Assembly: GCA_964016885.1 (NCBI GenBank)
Contig: OZ024747.1
Location: 38,936,001-39,000,000 of the forward strand
Direction of reading: 5' to 3'
Source: Eledone cirrhosa
Lineage: Eukaryota
Length of the DNA: 64,000 nt
The notes beneath the pieces were generated by a model. The model was not told where the DNA came from and searched no databases. It was given only the letters and a program-made list of their open reading frames with translations. Positions within the stretch are counted from its first letter, which is position 1; each line of letters starts with the position of its first letter. Of the stretch, positions 15,038 to 29,975 are shown in pieces. The position numbers and the translations under genes were made by a program.

Positions 15038-15491
15038 GTGCGTGTGTGTGTGTGCCTGTGAGTATATGTGTGGATGTATATATACATCCGGGAGAGATGA
15101 CCCCTTAGCCTTTGTCAAGGCAGAATTCTAGGAGAAGGAAAACTCTGATATAACACCTGCAACCCTGTTGTTATCCAATGATGTTGACTTGTTCTTCTTT
15201 TTGGTAAATATCATCTTGGTTAAGAGAGTGGGACTGGCTTTGTGCAGTGCCTTTGCTCACTATAAAAGCTTCCTGGCACAGGCATTGCTTTATATCTGGA
15301 GATCTCTCTGCACTTGTCGTCACATTGTACCATGGGCCCAGCACTCACTATGTGTCAATAATTGTCACAAGTGTAGTGTTTGTACCTGAGTTTTCAAGTC
15401 GCTGGCTGGACTAAAAAATCACACTTGTTCGGGGTCGGAGCATCATGGATATAAAGTAGTGGCCGTCCTCGAAAACGTGTTGGCAGCCACC

Positions 15492-15522
<31 letters not shown>

Positions 15523-15798
15523 CTAGCTCCCACAGTTGGCAGGTGCACAGTGAAGTATACTGGTGAAGGGTGATACCTAGAGACATTAGTATCTACAGTT
15601 CTGTTTACATGCCAACACAAGAGCAAGAACGAGGGGCTCATTCTACTGACTTGGCTTTAAAAATGAAGTTGTTTGCATAATTGAAAACGAAGTGAATATT
15701 ATTATTAATGTTCGAAAAACACACACACATATACACACATATATACATACTTAAAATATAGACATACCCAAACACACACTGACACACACACACCCACG

Positions 15799-15859
<61 letters not shown>

Positions 15860-16248
15860 GCGTGTGTATAAACATGAGTTCTTTTCGAATAAGTTCATTT
15901 TGAACCCCACGAGATTCCTGTTACAAACACAGCTTCGGAACTGTTTGGACAAGACACTAGTCAAATATTGTTTATGGGATTGCTCAGCAAGATATTGTGA
16001 GGGTTTCTTTTCCTAGCAAGATACAGCCATTAGTTTATCTATAGCTATACGTGTTTGTGTCGATATCAGTTTTTGTGCATGCGTTTACCCGTACAAACCG
16101 ATGAAACATTCCGCGGTGTCAAAAGTGTAAACATTTGTACCAGATTTCTGTCGCTGCTATCTATTAGAACCCTCGACAACTCCGATCCATTAGGTCCGAA
16201 GATCTATGATGGAATCCAGTAATAGAAGAACACGATATTTACCTGTTT

Positions 16249-16291
<43 letters not shown>

Positions 16292-16349
16292 CTACCAAAC
16301 TCGTCCCATAGAAGTGCTCTATCACTACGGATATTACCATCCTGTGTTC

Positions 16350-16432
<83 letters not shown>

Positions 16433-18157
16433 GTCATAGAGTTCTCCTTCTGATTATGTTCAGAAAGATATTGCACACATAGTGGCAGATTGACTGTGTC
16501 TGAAACAAGGATACTTTCCCTCTCAACCATGGGAAGAAACGGTATTATATACTAGGATATATCCGTTATAACCATATTTCCTTTTGTATTTGAATGTTTC
16601 CACAACGTATTAGATATGAGTGCTTTTACTGCATTTGTTTAGAAATATATTTCCGAGTTAGAAATTATGTTGGTATGTATCTATCCAGGATTAAAATGAT
16701 TGAATATTAAACCAATAACAAATAAAAACGTATATGTTTAAGGAAAATTGAATGCACTTAAAAATTATAATCTTAATAACAATATCTAATCTAAGATTTA
16801 TATGCCAAGAAATATGAAGGTGGCACTATCTTTCGGTCATTAACTTCTTTCGCAGGATAATTATTTGCTACTTGTCATAGAAAAGAACCATAAAGGAAGA
16901 TATCTTGTCATTCAAACGGTCAGCGATACAGAAAGCAAAAATTTGAGTTGTCGTAGATAGTGAAAACCTACGGGAAATATTATTTAAACTGTAATATAAT
17001 GAATTGAAATATACATTTGTGGATTTTTATTGAGAAGAACACGAAGAGCTTTCTAAAATGTAAACTGCCTGGTATATTATTCTGTAAATCAACTATGATA
17101 TCCGTTATAACTGTTTTGCTTTTTTTGGCTTGTTATTGCTTTTGATATGTGTATGACAATCGGAAATGCTGATTTATTTTCTTCAATAAATCGTGAGGCG
17201 TTATGTTCATATAACAAAATCAATAGTTAATGTGGTTATTTATGGTAAATACATATATTTGTCTATAAAATGAATATTCCGCTTATAAAATTGCAAATGC
17301 ACTCTATGTTTATTAGTTAGATAACACGAATTGATGAATGAATAAAATATTGCCTGAACTGTTCTTGCATTTTCTACCCTCCAATAATGTCCCCCCTACA
17401 GAACAACGTTTTAGAGTCAGCGCATAAAATTCCACAATGTTTATGTATAGTAACTACTTAGGCAACATGCAGGAACACAAGCTGCATAGTTTATATTCTG
17501 AGAATTATTCTTTTTACACACGCTGACCTGTGTAATCTAAACATTTAAGACGTTAGGCCTTCCGTAGATAGGTTGGTCGGGCTAGCGACAAACTAACTCA
17601 CTAACACAATAACAACAATAACATAGTGAAGAGAATTATAAGTTAAGTAGCAAAATGACATTTACTCTATCACATAACATTTTAAAAATAGAAAGAGATA
17701 TTAGAAATTGTCTGGTAACCAGTGTCTGAAATACAACTATTGTGATAACGGGTACAAGGTCATTCATACAGAGCTGATATTGGATTAAAAGAACATCTTG
17801 CAACATAATGAATATATTAGCAGACATTCATGATTACCTTATCCCTGATTATATGATATGGATAAAAGAAAATTATAACGCCAGATTTTTAAAGTATTGT
17901 TTTTAAATTGTTTCAGTTATAAGAATTTTGAACGGCGTACCCAATTCCTTCGCATTGATTGTTTGAATAAAAAATACATTAAACACTATAGAAAATAAAT
18001 CATTCTATTAATCAGTTTTCAACAATGCTAGATAAGAAATTTTTCTGTTTCGGGAATAATGTATTTAATAGTATTTTCATAATTAGAAACAGGGGAAAAT
18101 TCCCAATGAATTTTGAAATATCTATTCAAAGATATTTAGATATTTTAGGGTTTCCCT

Positions 18158-18211
<54 letters not shown>

Positions 18212-19680
18212 TGTATTTACTGGTCTTCCAGATTAAATTGTAATCTATAGCTTTTTGTCCTTTGACGTAATAATGAAATCGAATTCTCCTACGTGGGATT
18301 GGAACTATAATCCACTAAAAAATGTCGAACGCTATGCATGGAATATTATATTTAGAATTTTTAGCAGAAGCTACGACCAGAGAAAAATATTACACTTCAA
18401 ATAATCCATTTAGAAGACTATATACCACAACTATAGTCTACACGTACGTAACGTAACGATACCCAATTGTTAACATGAATGTATATATAGTTAAACGTTT
18501 ACAGTTTTTACAAATCGAGATGTTTTGATTTCATGTGGAAGACAACATTTTTAATTGATTTTACGAAAGAAATGTGCTTCTTTCTCAAAACAAAATATTA
18601 CTTAGAAAATTGTAGTCGTTTCCGTAAAAGTACATTAATTGTTGTATAAATATAGATTTCCACAGTATTTACGTACCCTTTCCTCAAATAAAGAAGTTTA
18701 GAAGTACAAAAAACTTGAAATACCACACGATCAGCTGTGTTTGTTTGCCCTTAAAAGCAATTCATGTTAAATACACTGGGCATAGTATTATGAAAAATAC
18801 GAAGGTGTGTCGACCATATTTAATCCCCTTACGATAACTGAAGCTTTATGCTTAGAAAAAATCATTAACTATACATTGTAAACTATAGATAGCTTTTCTG
18901 TAAACCTAATACGGGGTCATTTTATATATATTTTTAATACATCGTCAATGTTATTCAGTCTAGTATGAACAGCCCTACTTATAATTTCTCTTTCTCTACA
19001 ATTGTTATGTATAATTCCGTGTAATAATCCATTTTTGTAATTATCAATCAAGCATGATAGTAATATATTCAGCATAATAAAAATGATTATTTTCTCCACC
19101 ACGTTAGCAAACATTGATTAATGAGCATGATTATATGAAGCACTGTTGCACATATAATGCCAGTTCCTTAAACCATTGTATATATGCATGGAAAATGTTA
19201 GCCTTGTGATGGAACATAGACGTTGGCCAAGTAAAATAATATTTGAAAAATTAATATACTCTCTCGCTCTCTTCCATTCTCCTTCTCTGTCTCCTCTCCC
19301 TCTCTCTATGTCTCTCTTTCAATCTACTCTCTCACAACCACTATCTCTTTCTTTCTATCCTCCTCTCTCTCTCTCTGTTTATAAGGTATACAGAAAGTCT
19401 CATATCTCGGGAACCAGTGGTCTGATTTACGCTAAACCTTTTTATTCCATTTGTATCTCCATTTCAGGAGCAACTCTCTTTCAAAGCATTTCCCCATATT
19501 ACTTTACAGACAAGCAAGCAATCACAGACTTTTAGTAATATATATATATATATCAAGTAAGTATGTTTTGAAACAGTGAGCAAGTTTGAAATAGAAGCTT
19601 TCACCGTATGTTTTGACTAAAGAAATGTTAGCCTGATAGTGGGGTTTATAACCCTCAGAGAAATGGAAAAAGATGTGTAT

Positions 19681-19751
19681 TGACGTACATGGGAGTCGAA
19701 ACCACATCTTTAGTTATCCAGACCACTGTGCTACCATTACACCAACACATC
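19681..19751 (-). tRNA. tRNA-like cloverleaf (element-borne, not a standard tRNA gene)
   Basis: Reverse complement of 20009-20079 with 4 substitutions. Confidence 0.6.
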
Positions 19752-20008
19752 ACCCATCTCCTTCCATTCAAATTAGAAGCTACATTCTTAGCAAGTATGA
19801 TGACAAGTAAGTATGTTTTGAAACAGTGAGCAAGTTTGGAATTAGAAATAGAAGCTTTCCCCGTATTTTTTAACTAAAGAAAGTTTAGCCTGATAGTGGG
19901 GTTTATAACCCTCATAGAAATGGAACTTGCTCACTGTTTCAAAACATACTTACTTGTCATCATACTTGCTGAGAATGTAGCTTCTAATTTGAATGGAAGG
20001 AGATGTCG

Positions 20009-20079
20009 GATGTGTTGGTGTAATGGTAGCACAGTGGTCTGGATAACCAAAGATGGGGGTTCGACTCCCATATACGTCA
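20009..20079 (+). tRNA. 71-nt tRNA-like cloverleaf, nominal anticodon GGA, atypical loop
   Basis: Acceptor GATGTGT/ATACGTC+A; D arm GTGT-AATGGTA-GCAC; anticodon arm TGGT-CTGGATA-ACCA; T loop TTCGACT; A and B boxes; TTTT ~9 nt downstream. Confidence 0.65.
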
Positions 20080-20878
20080 ATACTCATCTTTTCCCATTTC
20101 TCTGAGGGTTATAAACCCCTCTATCAGGCTAAAATTTCTTTAGTCAAAACATACGGTGAAAGTTCTATTTCTAATATATATATATAGATAGATAGATTCA
20201 TATTGTCTTTCATTTTGCTTTCTAAAGAATAATACTATGATATATCTACATGAATAGTGAAATGTATGGGAAAAGGTAATATTAATATATTCTTCAAATT
20301 ACTGTTTCATAGAAAGTAGATAAAAAGAATACTGCGGAGTTTAAATATAACAAGAAGTTCAATTTAGAAAGGTTCACTAAGGCGCAGGGGCTCATATGCA
20401 TACACATACACATATATTCTTATAGGCTTTAGGTCATTGTTTTCGGGGACATCAAGCTAATAAATTTTGACTTTCAATTTCAGTATTTAATATTTGTCAT
20501 GTGGATATATCTATATTCAATTCAAAGCAACATACAACCATTCTATTTTGGCTTTTGTCAGAACAATAATAAAACAAATGCCACCAAATAAGAAACATAT
20601 TTGCCTATACACACGATAGATTTGTCAAGAAAATACAAAATAGTTATGATTACTTGAAATAATATAGGATGACACATATGCAACGCTAATTGATTGGAAG
20701 CATAATGAATTGTACAACTAAAGTAATATAATATTGCTCGTCGTTAATAATATACGATAATACACAAATGGTAATAATACCAAATTATAATAACATGATT
20801 ACTATAAAGAACAAAATTAATATATCTATCAAATTTCTAAAGTTAAATTTAATATTTAAGAGAGAGAGATAGAGAGAG

Positions 20879-20925
<47 letters not shown>

Positions 20926-22327
20926 TATATTATGTATATTAATAGTTAATAACTGGAAATACTACGCTACTCAATATATCTGTATCTGTATGTGGTGATT
21001 ATCTATGGACGACGGTATAGTATTCTGTTTTCCTTTCAACATTTCCAGATAGGAAAAAGTATAACTGTTATCAATTTAATACCCTATACATCATCTAATA
21101 AATCTCGTTTTTAGCCAAAGGGAACGTAAACGTATTGGCAATATATTAAAGGAAATGATATTACCCTCTTATCTGCAATAAAACTAAGAGTAACACGTAT
21201 TGATAAGGAAAACAATCTACATGGTATATTTATCTCACTGACAAACCCAAAAATTAAAAAGGAAATTAAGAGCATTTTATGAGTAATTATGCTTCCTTGA
21301 AGAAATAGGAGAGATAAGTAAGATATCAGCGAAAGACAATTAAATCTAGACTACGTATTTTGCACTTATAAGATAAGAATAATTAAAGCATTAGTTTAGT
21401 GGGTGGGTTTTATGAGAGAAAATATTAAACCAGAAGATCATAGCGCTAAAGAAGCTTCGTACCACAACATGGTGTATATACTTAGAAAAACCAGTATAAA
21501 TCACAACACAAAGTAAGAGAGTCACACAAGAAATAATCATAACTGTCACCATAGTACACAACTTCTAACCGGTTCCATAACATTCTTTTTTGTTCACATT
21601 TTTTTTTTATTTTTAAAGAGTGTGTCTTACTCTAAACAAGACACACTTGATGTATATCATGAAACAAGGATTATTTAGAGTTTCAATGTGCTAGCAATGA
21701 TGTTTTTTTGACAAGTGTTCTCTAATTTATGTAGTGCTGATAGAATGTCATCCAAAGAAATATATTTAAATATGGGATTCTACACTATTATTATTTACAT
21801 CATACCCACCTCAATTATTTTAGTAGATTTTTCTAATATCATTCATCCAAATCTGTAGTTTGGTTAGTGTAGGCTTCGGTTAATCGCGTCCCTATCTATA
21901 TATAAACTGTTCGTACTCTTATATAAATCAATGTTTTGACTGCATAGCCAAAAATCCTAAGCTATGGATAACGTATACGATCCTTAACCACCAAACTCGC
22001 ACTAAATTAAATTGTTTGAACCAATATTATTTGCAATCGGTAAATCCATTTGATATCTGTCAAAGATTTGAAATTCTTTGATAATATTTAAGATGTTCGA
22101 CCCTACCCTGCTTCTCTTCACATATAAAGCCAACGCTATAATACAGTTGTCATTGTTATGTCTTCCGACATATTCTTGTTTTCATTGTATCATAAAAGTC
22201 CAAATATAACAACAGCCAATGTGGCGAGAAGAAGAGCTACAATAACAAAAGATCAACAGCAACGATATCAATACTACTAATACTAATAAAAGAACTAATA
22301 CTGATAACATCAACAACAGCAATAATA

Positions 22328-22460
22328 ATTGTTTCCACTTTTAGCACAAGCCCAGTGTATTACAAGAAAGGCAAAGTTAACCTGCGCAGAATTTGAACTC
22401 AGAATAGCAAGGGCCGTAACTCAATGCGTCAAAGCATGGCGTCCGTCCCTCTACTGATAC
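22328..22460 (-). mobile_element. SINE copy (internally deleted)
   Basis: Reverse complement of the SINE head and tail (atttgaactc, gcatggcgtcc, ttagcacaag). Confidence 0.75.
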
Positions 22461-22677
22461 TGCCAATCCACCGCCCTTCAGTAATAATAATAGTAATAAC
22501 AGTAATAATAATAGACTTGTATAACATGTTCAGTTGCTATACTCCAGTTACATTGATGTCTATAATGAAATTTGCCGTTCCCAATAGAATTTCGTTGCGG
22601 CCGTTCCTTCTACTTATCATTATCATTTCTGGATAATGAACGGCAAAAATAATTTTTTCTAACTTTTTTTTCTTTTG

Positions 22678-22850
22678 CTAAGGCCAGCAATTACACAGGT
22701 GCATTACTGGTGCTTTATTTTATCGACCCCGTAAGGATGAAAGTCAAAATTAACCTCGGTGGGATTTGAGCTCAGACTGTAAAGGGGCGTAACTCTATAC
22801 TGCAAAGCATGGCGTCCGACCCTCTACCGATATTTCCAATCTACCGCCCT
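22678..22850 (-). mobile_element. SINE copy
   Basis: ttttatcgaccccgtaaggatgaaag ... gggatttgagctc ... ctctaccgata. Confidence 0.85.
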
Positions 22851-22907
22851 GAAAGGCAAAATAATAACAGTTGAGAATTACAACAAATGTCCTTTGATAT
22901 ATTGTAA

Positions 22908-23014
22908 TATTTGTTTCTACTTTAGGCACAAGGCCAGCAATTTTTCAGTGCATTACTGGTACTTTATTTTATCGACCCCGTAAGGATGAAAGGCAAAGTC
23001 AACCTCGCCGGGAT
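22908..23014 (-). mobile_element. 5'-truncated SINE copy
   Basis: Tail plus central domain; flanked by the repeat gatatattgtaatatt. Confidence 0.8.
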
Positions 23015-24099
23015 ATATTGTAATATTGATCGTTGATAAGATTTGTCTTAATCACTGCACAGTGCGTATCGAATGCTAATTGTTATTCTCTTGCATGTTT
23101 TACTAATAAATCATAACCATGTGTGCTTGGTTAAGGGAATTCTGACTACGTATATTAGCACGGAACGATAGTAAAATTATCTAGTGTATTTAGTAATGCT
23201 CCGAAATATTACCCACTGTGGAGTATGCAATCAGGTGATTTCTCAAGCAATCAATAATATAGCTCTCGATTATACATCAAACAATGGACTATATCACTCT
23301 ACTATGTGTCTAAAACGAGTAATTCTAAGGCATAAATGTTACACGTGAGGCATTGTTTCAGACGAAACTAGTGGCATGAAGTTAATCATAAGTCTACAAA
23401 ATATTTAAATACATTTCAAACAATGCACATTAAGAAATGATAATCTATAGAAAAGCTTAATTTTCAATTTCTTAATAAAGTGTAAATTACATTAGTCATT
23501 GCTCAGATCGCATGAGGATACGAATCAAACAGGCTGCAAGTTATATTAATGTATTTCTGGGGAGGAGACTTCATGGAAAGTTACATTAATTCACTTAACA
23601 TTTAGAAACAGGCACGTGCGCTTTTTACCTGTGAAAGAAGTACACGTTAGACAATGGTAAGCTATATTTCACAACCACACATTAATACTAAATATGGATG
23701 ATATGATACAGGTGATATGATACAAATAAATCTAAGATAATGTAACATGCAATGGAGTTTTAATAAAACATTGCAGTGGACTACGTATTAATGTGTGTAA
23801 GTTAATTGTTTAACTGCGTTCAATATTTACGATGTAGGCGAATATTACAATTTAACCCGATATCTTAACTATAATAAAGGAAGGTCTGCGGGATTGCGTC
23901 CAGAATATATTTTTTTACCCCGTTTGTAAAACAAGTTGGATAACTTGGAATAAATAATGAATGAATATTACATAATTTATGCGCTAAATTTCGTGTCTGT
24001 TGATTAAATATATTTTATAGCTTAATCTTTAAAATTCCCTTCTTTAAAATTATCAAATGTCAACACTTCCGGTTAACGCCCATAATATTATAACACTTC

Positions 24100-24292
24100 G
24101 GGCGGTGAATTGGCAGTTTCGGTAGAGAGTCGAATGCCATGCTTTCCAGCATAATTACGTCTCTTTACGGTTTGAGTTCAAATCCGGCCGTGGTAACTTT
24201 GCCTTTCATCCTTACGGGGTCGATAAAATAAAGTACCAGTAATATACTGATTATTTACTGCCCTTGTGCCAACAGTAGAAACAATTATATTA
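24100..24292 (+). mobile_element. SINE copy
   Basis: gggcggtgaattggcag...gagttcaaatcc...cttgtgccaacagtagaaacaatt; flanking direct repeat atattataacactt. Confidence 0.85.
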
Positions 24293-24812
24293 TAACACTT
24301 ATAATCACATATATTTCCATCGCTAATTTTCCCCTAATGCAGTTTATATATAATGTCGTCTTTTTTTTTAATATATCATTGATTACTGATTACAGGAGAC
24401 AGTGTAACATAGGCTTTGTTCAATTTCTGTGTATATTGTCAATAACTATTTTATTTGATGTATCATATTTACATGCATATATATTTGTGTATAATATCAA
24501 TATACTCACTACAAATGCTAGCAGAAAACCACCCGTCGGGTGGTTTTTCTGCTAGTATTTTTAATGTGATCAACACACGCGCCAACAGTCACACACATAA
24601 ATATACACACCCACAAATATACACACACACATACACACACATACGCATACACATATATACACACACACGCAAACATACACACATGCACACATACACACAT
24701 ATATGTATGTGTGTGTGCGTGTGTGTGTGCGTATATGTGTGTGAATGTGTGAGTGCGTGCGTGTGTGTGTGTGTGTACATGTGTGTGTGTTTGTGTTTGT
24801 GTGTGTGTTTGT

Positions 24813-24860
<48 letters not shown>

Positions 24861-25870
24861 GTGTGTGTGTGTAGATATTTAATTTTGTTTGATTATACTG
24901 TTACGCTATGCTACTGATATCCATGAACTGCATATACATAATCTATATGCTGTTCCATCTGCAAACGTTTCTTCAAACATTGAGGTAATCTCACAGATTA
25001 AACAAAACATTCTTTTGAATTACGTTTCAATATTATGCGTCATATAAACAGTAATATACTATTTTACAGCATTTGTTTCAAATCAAGTGCATACTTTGCT
25101 CGTAAATCAGAAAATAGTTGCTTAACAAATTCCCTTAAATGCAGCTGGCACATTCAGCAACTGGGGATTTCTTTTCATAAATTCTCATACGCCCCATTCT
25201 TCCTACTCAGTGTATTGTTAATTTATCTACAACCCTATTTATCCTGACAATACTATGCACTTTACTATGCATATTTGCCAAATAGTACGTTTCAGTCGCC
25301 GTTCATATATTCTAAACTTCGCGCTCGGTTTGACGTTAAGAATTCCTGCAAACAATTTATTATCACCGTGGGTTTAATTTTATTAAACATGTTTACCAAA
25401 TAATACCATTTCATACATATTTGCCTAATATTAGGGAAATTACCATACAACAAACAGATTAATTAAATTTCTGATCTATTCAATTTAAATACATGTAAAT
25501 GGAAGTGCATTCCGGATATGATCGATGAAATATTCATCAATAAATGAAGGTCTCTATAATATTCCTTGCATCCTTTCCATTGTTTACAGAAATCTTCAAT
25601 TTTGAAAAGTTCCAATGAATGCATCCATCGTGGTTAATGGTGCAAATGATTTTTGTTATCTTTATCTAACCATGAATATTCTATTGATCACTTTCGGTAA
25701 CTCTTTGTATGTTACATCGCATATATTTATAAATGTATTTACCTAGCTTTCTGGTAAATGGCTTGCTTCTTATTACCTCATTTTCTCAATGTATGCATCG
25801 TTTCAAAATGTTCACTGACATGTTGCGTGAGTGTGACACCTTACGTTAAGTACTAAGGAATCGTGAACTG

Positions 25871-25911
<41 letters not shown>

Positions 25912-25916
<5 letters not shown>

Positions 25917-26334
25917 TAAACGGAATAGAAAATGCTGACAAATTGTTCACAGTTGAAAAATGGTTTAATTAGGAATAAAAGAGTATTAGTGATTGTATGG
26001 GTTAGTATTCAGTTGTGGTTTTAAGTTTTTAAGTTTTTACCGGTTGCGCATTTCTAAGTGCTTTTCAAAGATAATTTTGAGATAGAGTATCCGTGTTGTT
26101 TGCTCTGATCAGCACGGACACTCTATCTCAAAATTATCTTTGAAAAGCATTTAGAAATGCGCAACCGGTAAAAACTTAAAAACTTAAAACCACAACTGAA
26201 TACTAACCCATACAATCACTAATACTCTTTTATTCCTAATTAAACCATTTTTCAACTGTGAACAATTTGTCAGCATTTTCTATTCCGTTTACCAATATAT
26301 AATAACTTGTGTGTTACACCTCTATTCTTTTAAC
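25912..26334. mobile_element. PLE-terminus fold-back palindrome (~185-bp arms)
   Basis: 25912-26097 is the reverse complement of ~26111-26296 with few mismatches; decayed HHR-like ttgaaaa-gcattt..aaatgc-gcaaccggta near 26139. Confidence 0.8.
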
Positions 26335-26459
26335 TATATATATATATATAGCAAAGAAAGTGTGGTAAGGAACCAGGTGGACCATAAGGCACAAGAGTAC
26401 TCGATACTTAGATTAGTAAAGTGGGTAATAGTAAAAAGAGTCAGAAACCTGACACTTTT

Positions 26460-26505
<46 letters not shown>

Positions 26506-26523
26506 ATATTATTGTATAGAAGG

Positions 26524-26574
26524 AGCTTCTACAGGACTAGTACTGTTTCATTCAGATGAAATCTTCAGGAAGCT
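26524..26574 (-). ncRNA. Type I hammerhead ribozyme (inverted copy)
   Basis: Exact reverse complement of 27202-27252. Confidence 0.85.
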
Positions 26575-27201
26575 GGGTGTCATATTTAAGTTCTGGTATT
26601 TATACATTTAGGTAGTCGTAAGGGAGGGGTGGTGGCTGGGGGAGGGGGGATTTTTGGTGTAGGATGGTATTTAGATACACAGGACCGCAACATGGCACAG
26701 GCCGTTTTTTCTTTGGGGAGTGGTCAATTAACCAGAGTGCTTTTTTGAAATAAATAAATAAGTAAATAAATAAATAAATGAATAAATAGATAAATGAATA
26801 AATAAATAAAAAAATAAATAAAAAAATAAATAAATAAAAACCCCAAGAATAGTAATTCAACAGATATATAGTAGGGACATTTTTTTAGGTGGGTTTCCCT
26901 ACTATATATCTGTTGAATTACTGAGGTTTTTATTTTTTATTTATTTATTTATTTATTTTTTTTATTTATTTATTCATTTATCTATTTATTCATTTATTTA
27001 TTTATTTATTTACTTATTTATTTATTTCAAAAAAGCACTCTGGCTAATTGACCACTCCCCAAAGAAAAAACGGCCTGTGCCACGTTGTGGTCCTGTGTAT
27101 CTAAATACCATCCTACCCCCCAAATCCCCCCCCCCCCCCAGCCACCACCCCTCCCTTACCACTACCTAAATGTATAAATAGCAGAACTTAATATGACACC
27201 C

Positions 27202-27252
27202 AGCTTCCTGAAGATTTCATCTGAATGAAACAGTACTAGTCCTGTAGAAGCT
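27202..27252 (+). ncRNA. Type I hammerhead ribozyme, canonical core
   Basis: agcttc-CTGAAGA-tttcatctgaat-GAAA-cagtactagtcctg-TA-gaagct; 6-bp stem I; stem III ACAG/CTGT with palindromic loop; predicted cut after 27246. Confidence 0.88.
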
Positions 27253-27684
27253 CCTTCTATACAATAAAACATTTTTTACTCTGCCATGTATTGAGTACCT
27301 TACTTACTGTGGTTATCCCCGACTCAACCCGAGACCTATGTATATATATATATATATATATATGATGATTTTCGCTCTAACATACACACGTATAAGTATG
27401 TGTATTTTGTATATCTAACAATGCATGGTATGTATATGAAAACACATTTTAAAGAAAAAAATCCCTTTAAAAACAACACATTTTAAAAAATGCTTGAAAG
27501 TGCCTCTCAAAAGAAAATGATTTCAAAAGTATTTTCGAAAAATATACATACGTATATATACACACACACTGTACTCAGGACAGCATATATACTTAAGACA
27601 CATATACTTGAAACAATACATATGGATGCACATATATGCAGATCAAAAAACGGAAAATCTACACATATATATGCATACACTTAC

Positions 27685-27715
<31 letters not shown>

Positions 27716-28485
27716 CATACACACACATGCATGTATACATATATGCATACACATACATACAATTACCCACGCATGGGCATGCACATGGGCATGCTTATAC
27801 ATCTCAAAAAGCACATACTTTATGAATACTTACATATCGACACACACACGCAACTGAGCACATAGCGCATAAAATATTATATGAGAAAACATTCATGAAG
27901 CTTGAACCCAACAAATTCGTGGGGCCATATAATCCCGAAAGTGCATGCACAATATACATAAATGCAATAGCTACGTAGTAGCCACGTACTAATGACAGAT
28001 AACATGGGCGGGGGGAGGGGGGGGGGGCACATATATGAATGCGTGTACGTACCTAAAATAAAATAAAATAGAATACTTGAAAAAAGAAATGTATACATGA
28101 AAAATATACAAAGGAGGTATCTGTTCACGCCACCCGGATATTATTGGGATGTTCATAAATTTGCATAAAATACGTAAATACTGTGATGCATAGAGTTATA
28201 TAAGATACTGAAGGACTGATAATCCAAGGGACTGTGTAAGAAATTGCACATCAACCATGCCCATGAGACAGATTTCATGACAGGTGGACACAGGGGACCG
28301 TCTAGGTATACACAAACAAGTTATATATATCGGGAATGTGTAGAATATCCTTTTCATAACAGTATATATGAGATGTACATGGAATGGATGCATAAATGGA
28401 GTATACCAGCGGCTTGTGTTGTAGGCATGTATATGGCAACGGCAGGCAAAGTTAGAATTAACATCAAACGTAAACTTAAGTCGAA

Positions 28486-28535
<50 letters not shown>

Positions 28536-28538
<3 letters not shown>

Positions 28539-28721
28539 AACGAGTAGGCACCCGACGGCTGAGCTCAAGCCGTTTCGACGGCTAATTCTGGAATTAGCCG
28601 TCGAAACGGCTTGAGCTCAGCCGTCGGGGTCCTACTCGTTCCTATTACCCACTCTACTACCGTAAGTATTGAGTACTTCGGTGCGTTATGATCCATCTGG
28701 TTCCTTACCACATTTCCTTCG

Positions 28722-28722
<1 letters not shown>
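28536..28722. mobile_element. Family X pLTR fold-back
   Basis: Palindrome centred 28589-28590 (gacggctaattc-tg-gaattagccgtc); TA-flanked. Confidence 0.8.
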
Positions 28723-28767
<45 letters not shown>

Positions 28768-29831
28768 TTGGACTTACATATATGTATGCATAGTATATTT
28801 GGCAATATACTGTATGTTTAATTAAAAACATTTTGAAGACCATTCACTATGAGTTTTAAAATAGTGTTTATGTCCTGTTTCTCGCTCGTAAGCGTTTGGG
28901 ATTTGTTATGATTGTGGGTGAAAATGTGTGTGTGCAGGTGTGATAGCACGTGCGTGTAGTTTTTCTTGTGTACGTGTCTGTGAGTGTGTATATATGGGCA
29001 AGAATACACATATATGATGAACCTGTTTACGCACTTGACTTTTATCTGAGGCATAATAAAACATATATATCACTTCAGTATAATTGATATAAGTTTTACC
29101 AGATATTTTGTAGTCATTGTTTACAATATGTCATAAGTTAATAAAAAGATAAAAGAACTCAATAACAGTAAATTTTTTTTTCTAACTTTCATCTCGCCTC
29201 GCTAAAGCATAGAAAACTGTCTGAACTTTACATCATCGCATTCACCAATTTAATACTTCTTCATGTTTGATGTTATATCGAAATCATTTGAAACGCTGGT
29301 GCGTACTAAACCGCAAAGGAGCTTGAAACAAGCATTAACCTGAAGGTATACGGAAAAATGTTATCGATTATAATTTAGGTAAATTTATTTAATAGGAGAA
29401 TGAAAAGTGTTGAAAAGTTTGGCAAAATGAGTGAGTCATACGATGTATTTGGTTAAACAAACGCCTAAATTATGAAATCCAGAAATAATTGATCTACATA
29501 TATAATTGCATATATAGTGTTTCTGGTCATATCTAATCAAGATGTAGTTACGTAGCTGATGAACTGGCTAATTTAGTTGGAGAGCATTGTGTTTTAAGCA
29601 ATAGAGATTTTGTGTAAGAAAGAAGAAAATATATAATTATATTTCGAAATATAATATTGTGTTTCTTTGGTAATATGTTTTAAACATGCTTTCGTTCTAC
29701 ACGCAGAAAAATTGTGGTTGGAGCTGTGATTATTTGTACAAACATATTTGGACTGCTTATTTACAAGTTGTACATGCTCTCTTCGCGTATGCGTGAATTT
29801 GTGTTTGGGTGGTTGTGTGTGTGTGTGCATA

Positions 29832-29975
<144 letters not shown>

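Larger units (their letters stand above)
19553..20174. mobile_element. Non-autonomous TA-targeted ~250-bp unit: 1.5 tandem copies plus fold-back copy, containing a tRNA-like cloverleaf
   Basis: caagtaagtatgttttgaaacagtgag at 19554 and 19804; 19923-20174 is the reverse complement of ~19588-19833; (TA)n on both sides. Confidence 0.85.
26509..27337. mobile_element. PLE-terminus fold-back (~375-bp arms) with one HHR per arm
   Basis: 26509-26880 vs 26895-27265 inverted with several substitutions; the right arm extends further; TA-flanked. Confidence 0.85.

Noticed and set aside
20009-20079. Functional tRNA-Ser(GGA) gene
   Set aside because: No long variable arm, pyrimidine at position 37, mismatched top of the anticodon stem, and it lies inside a repeat.
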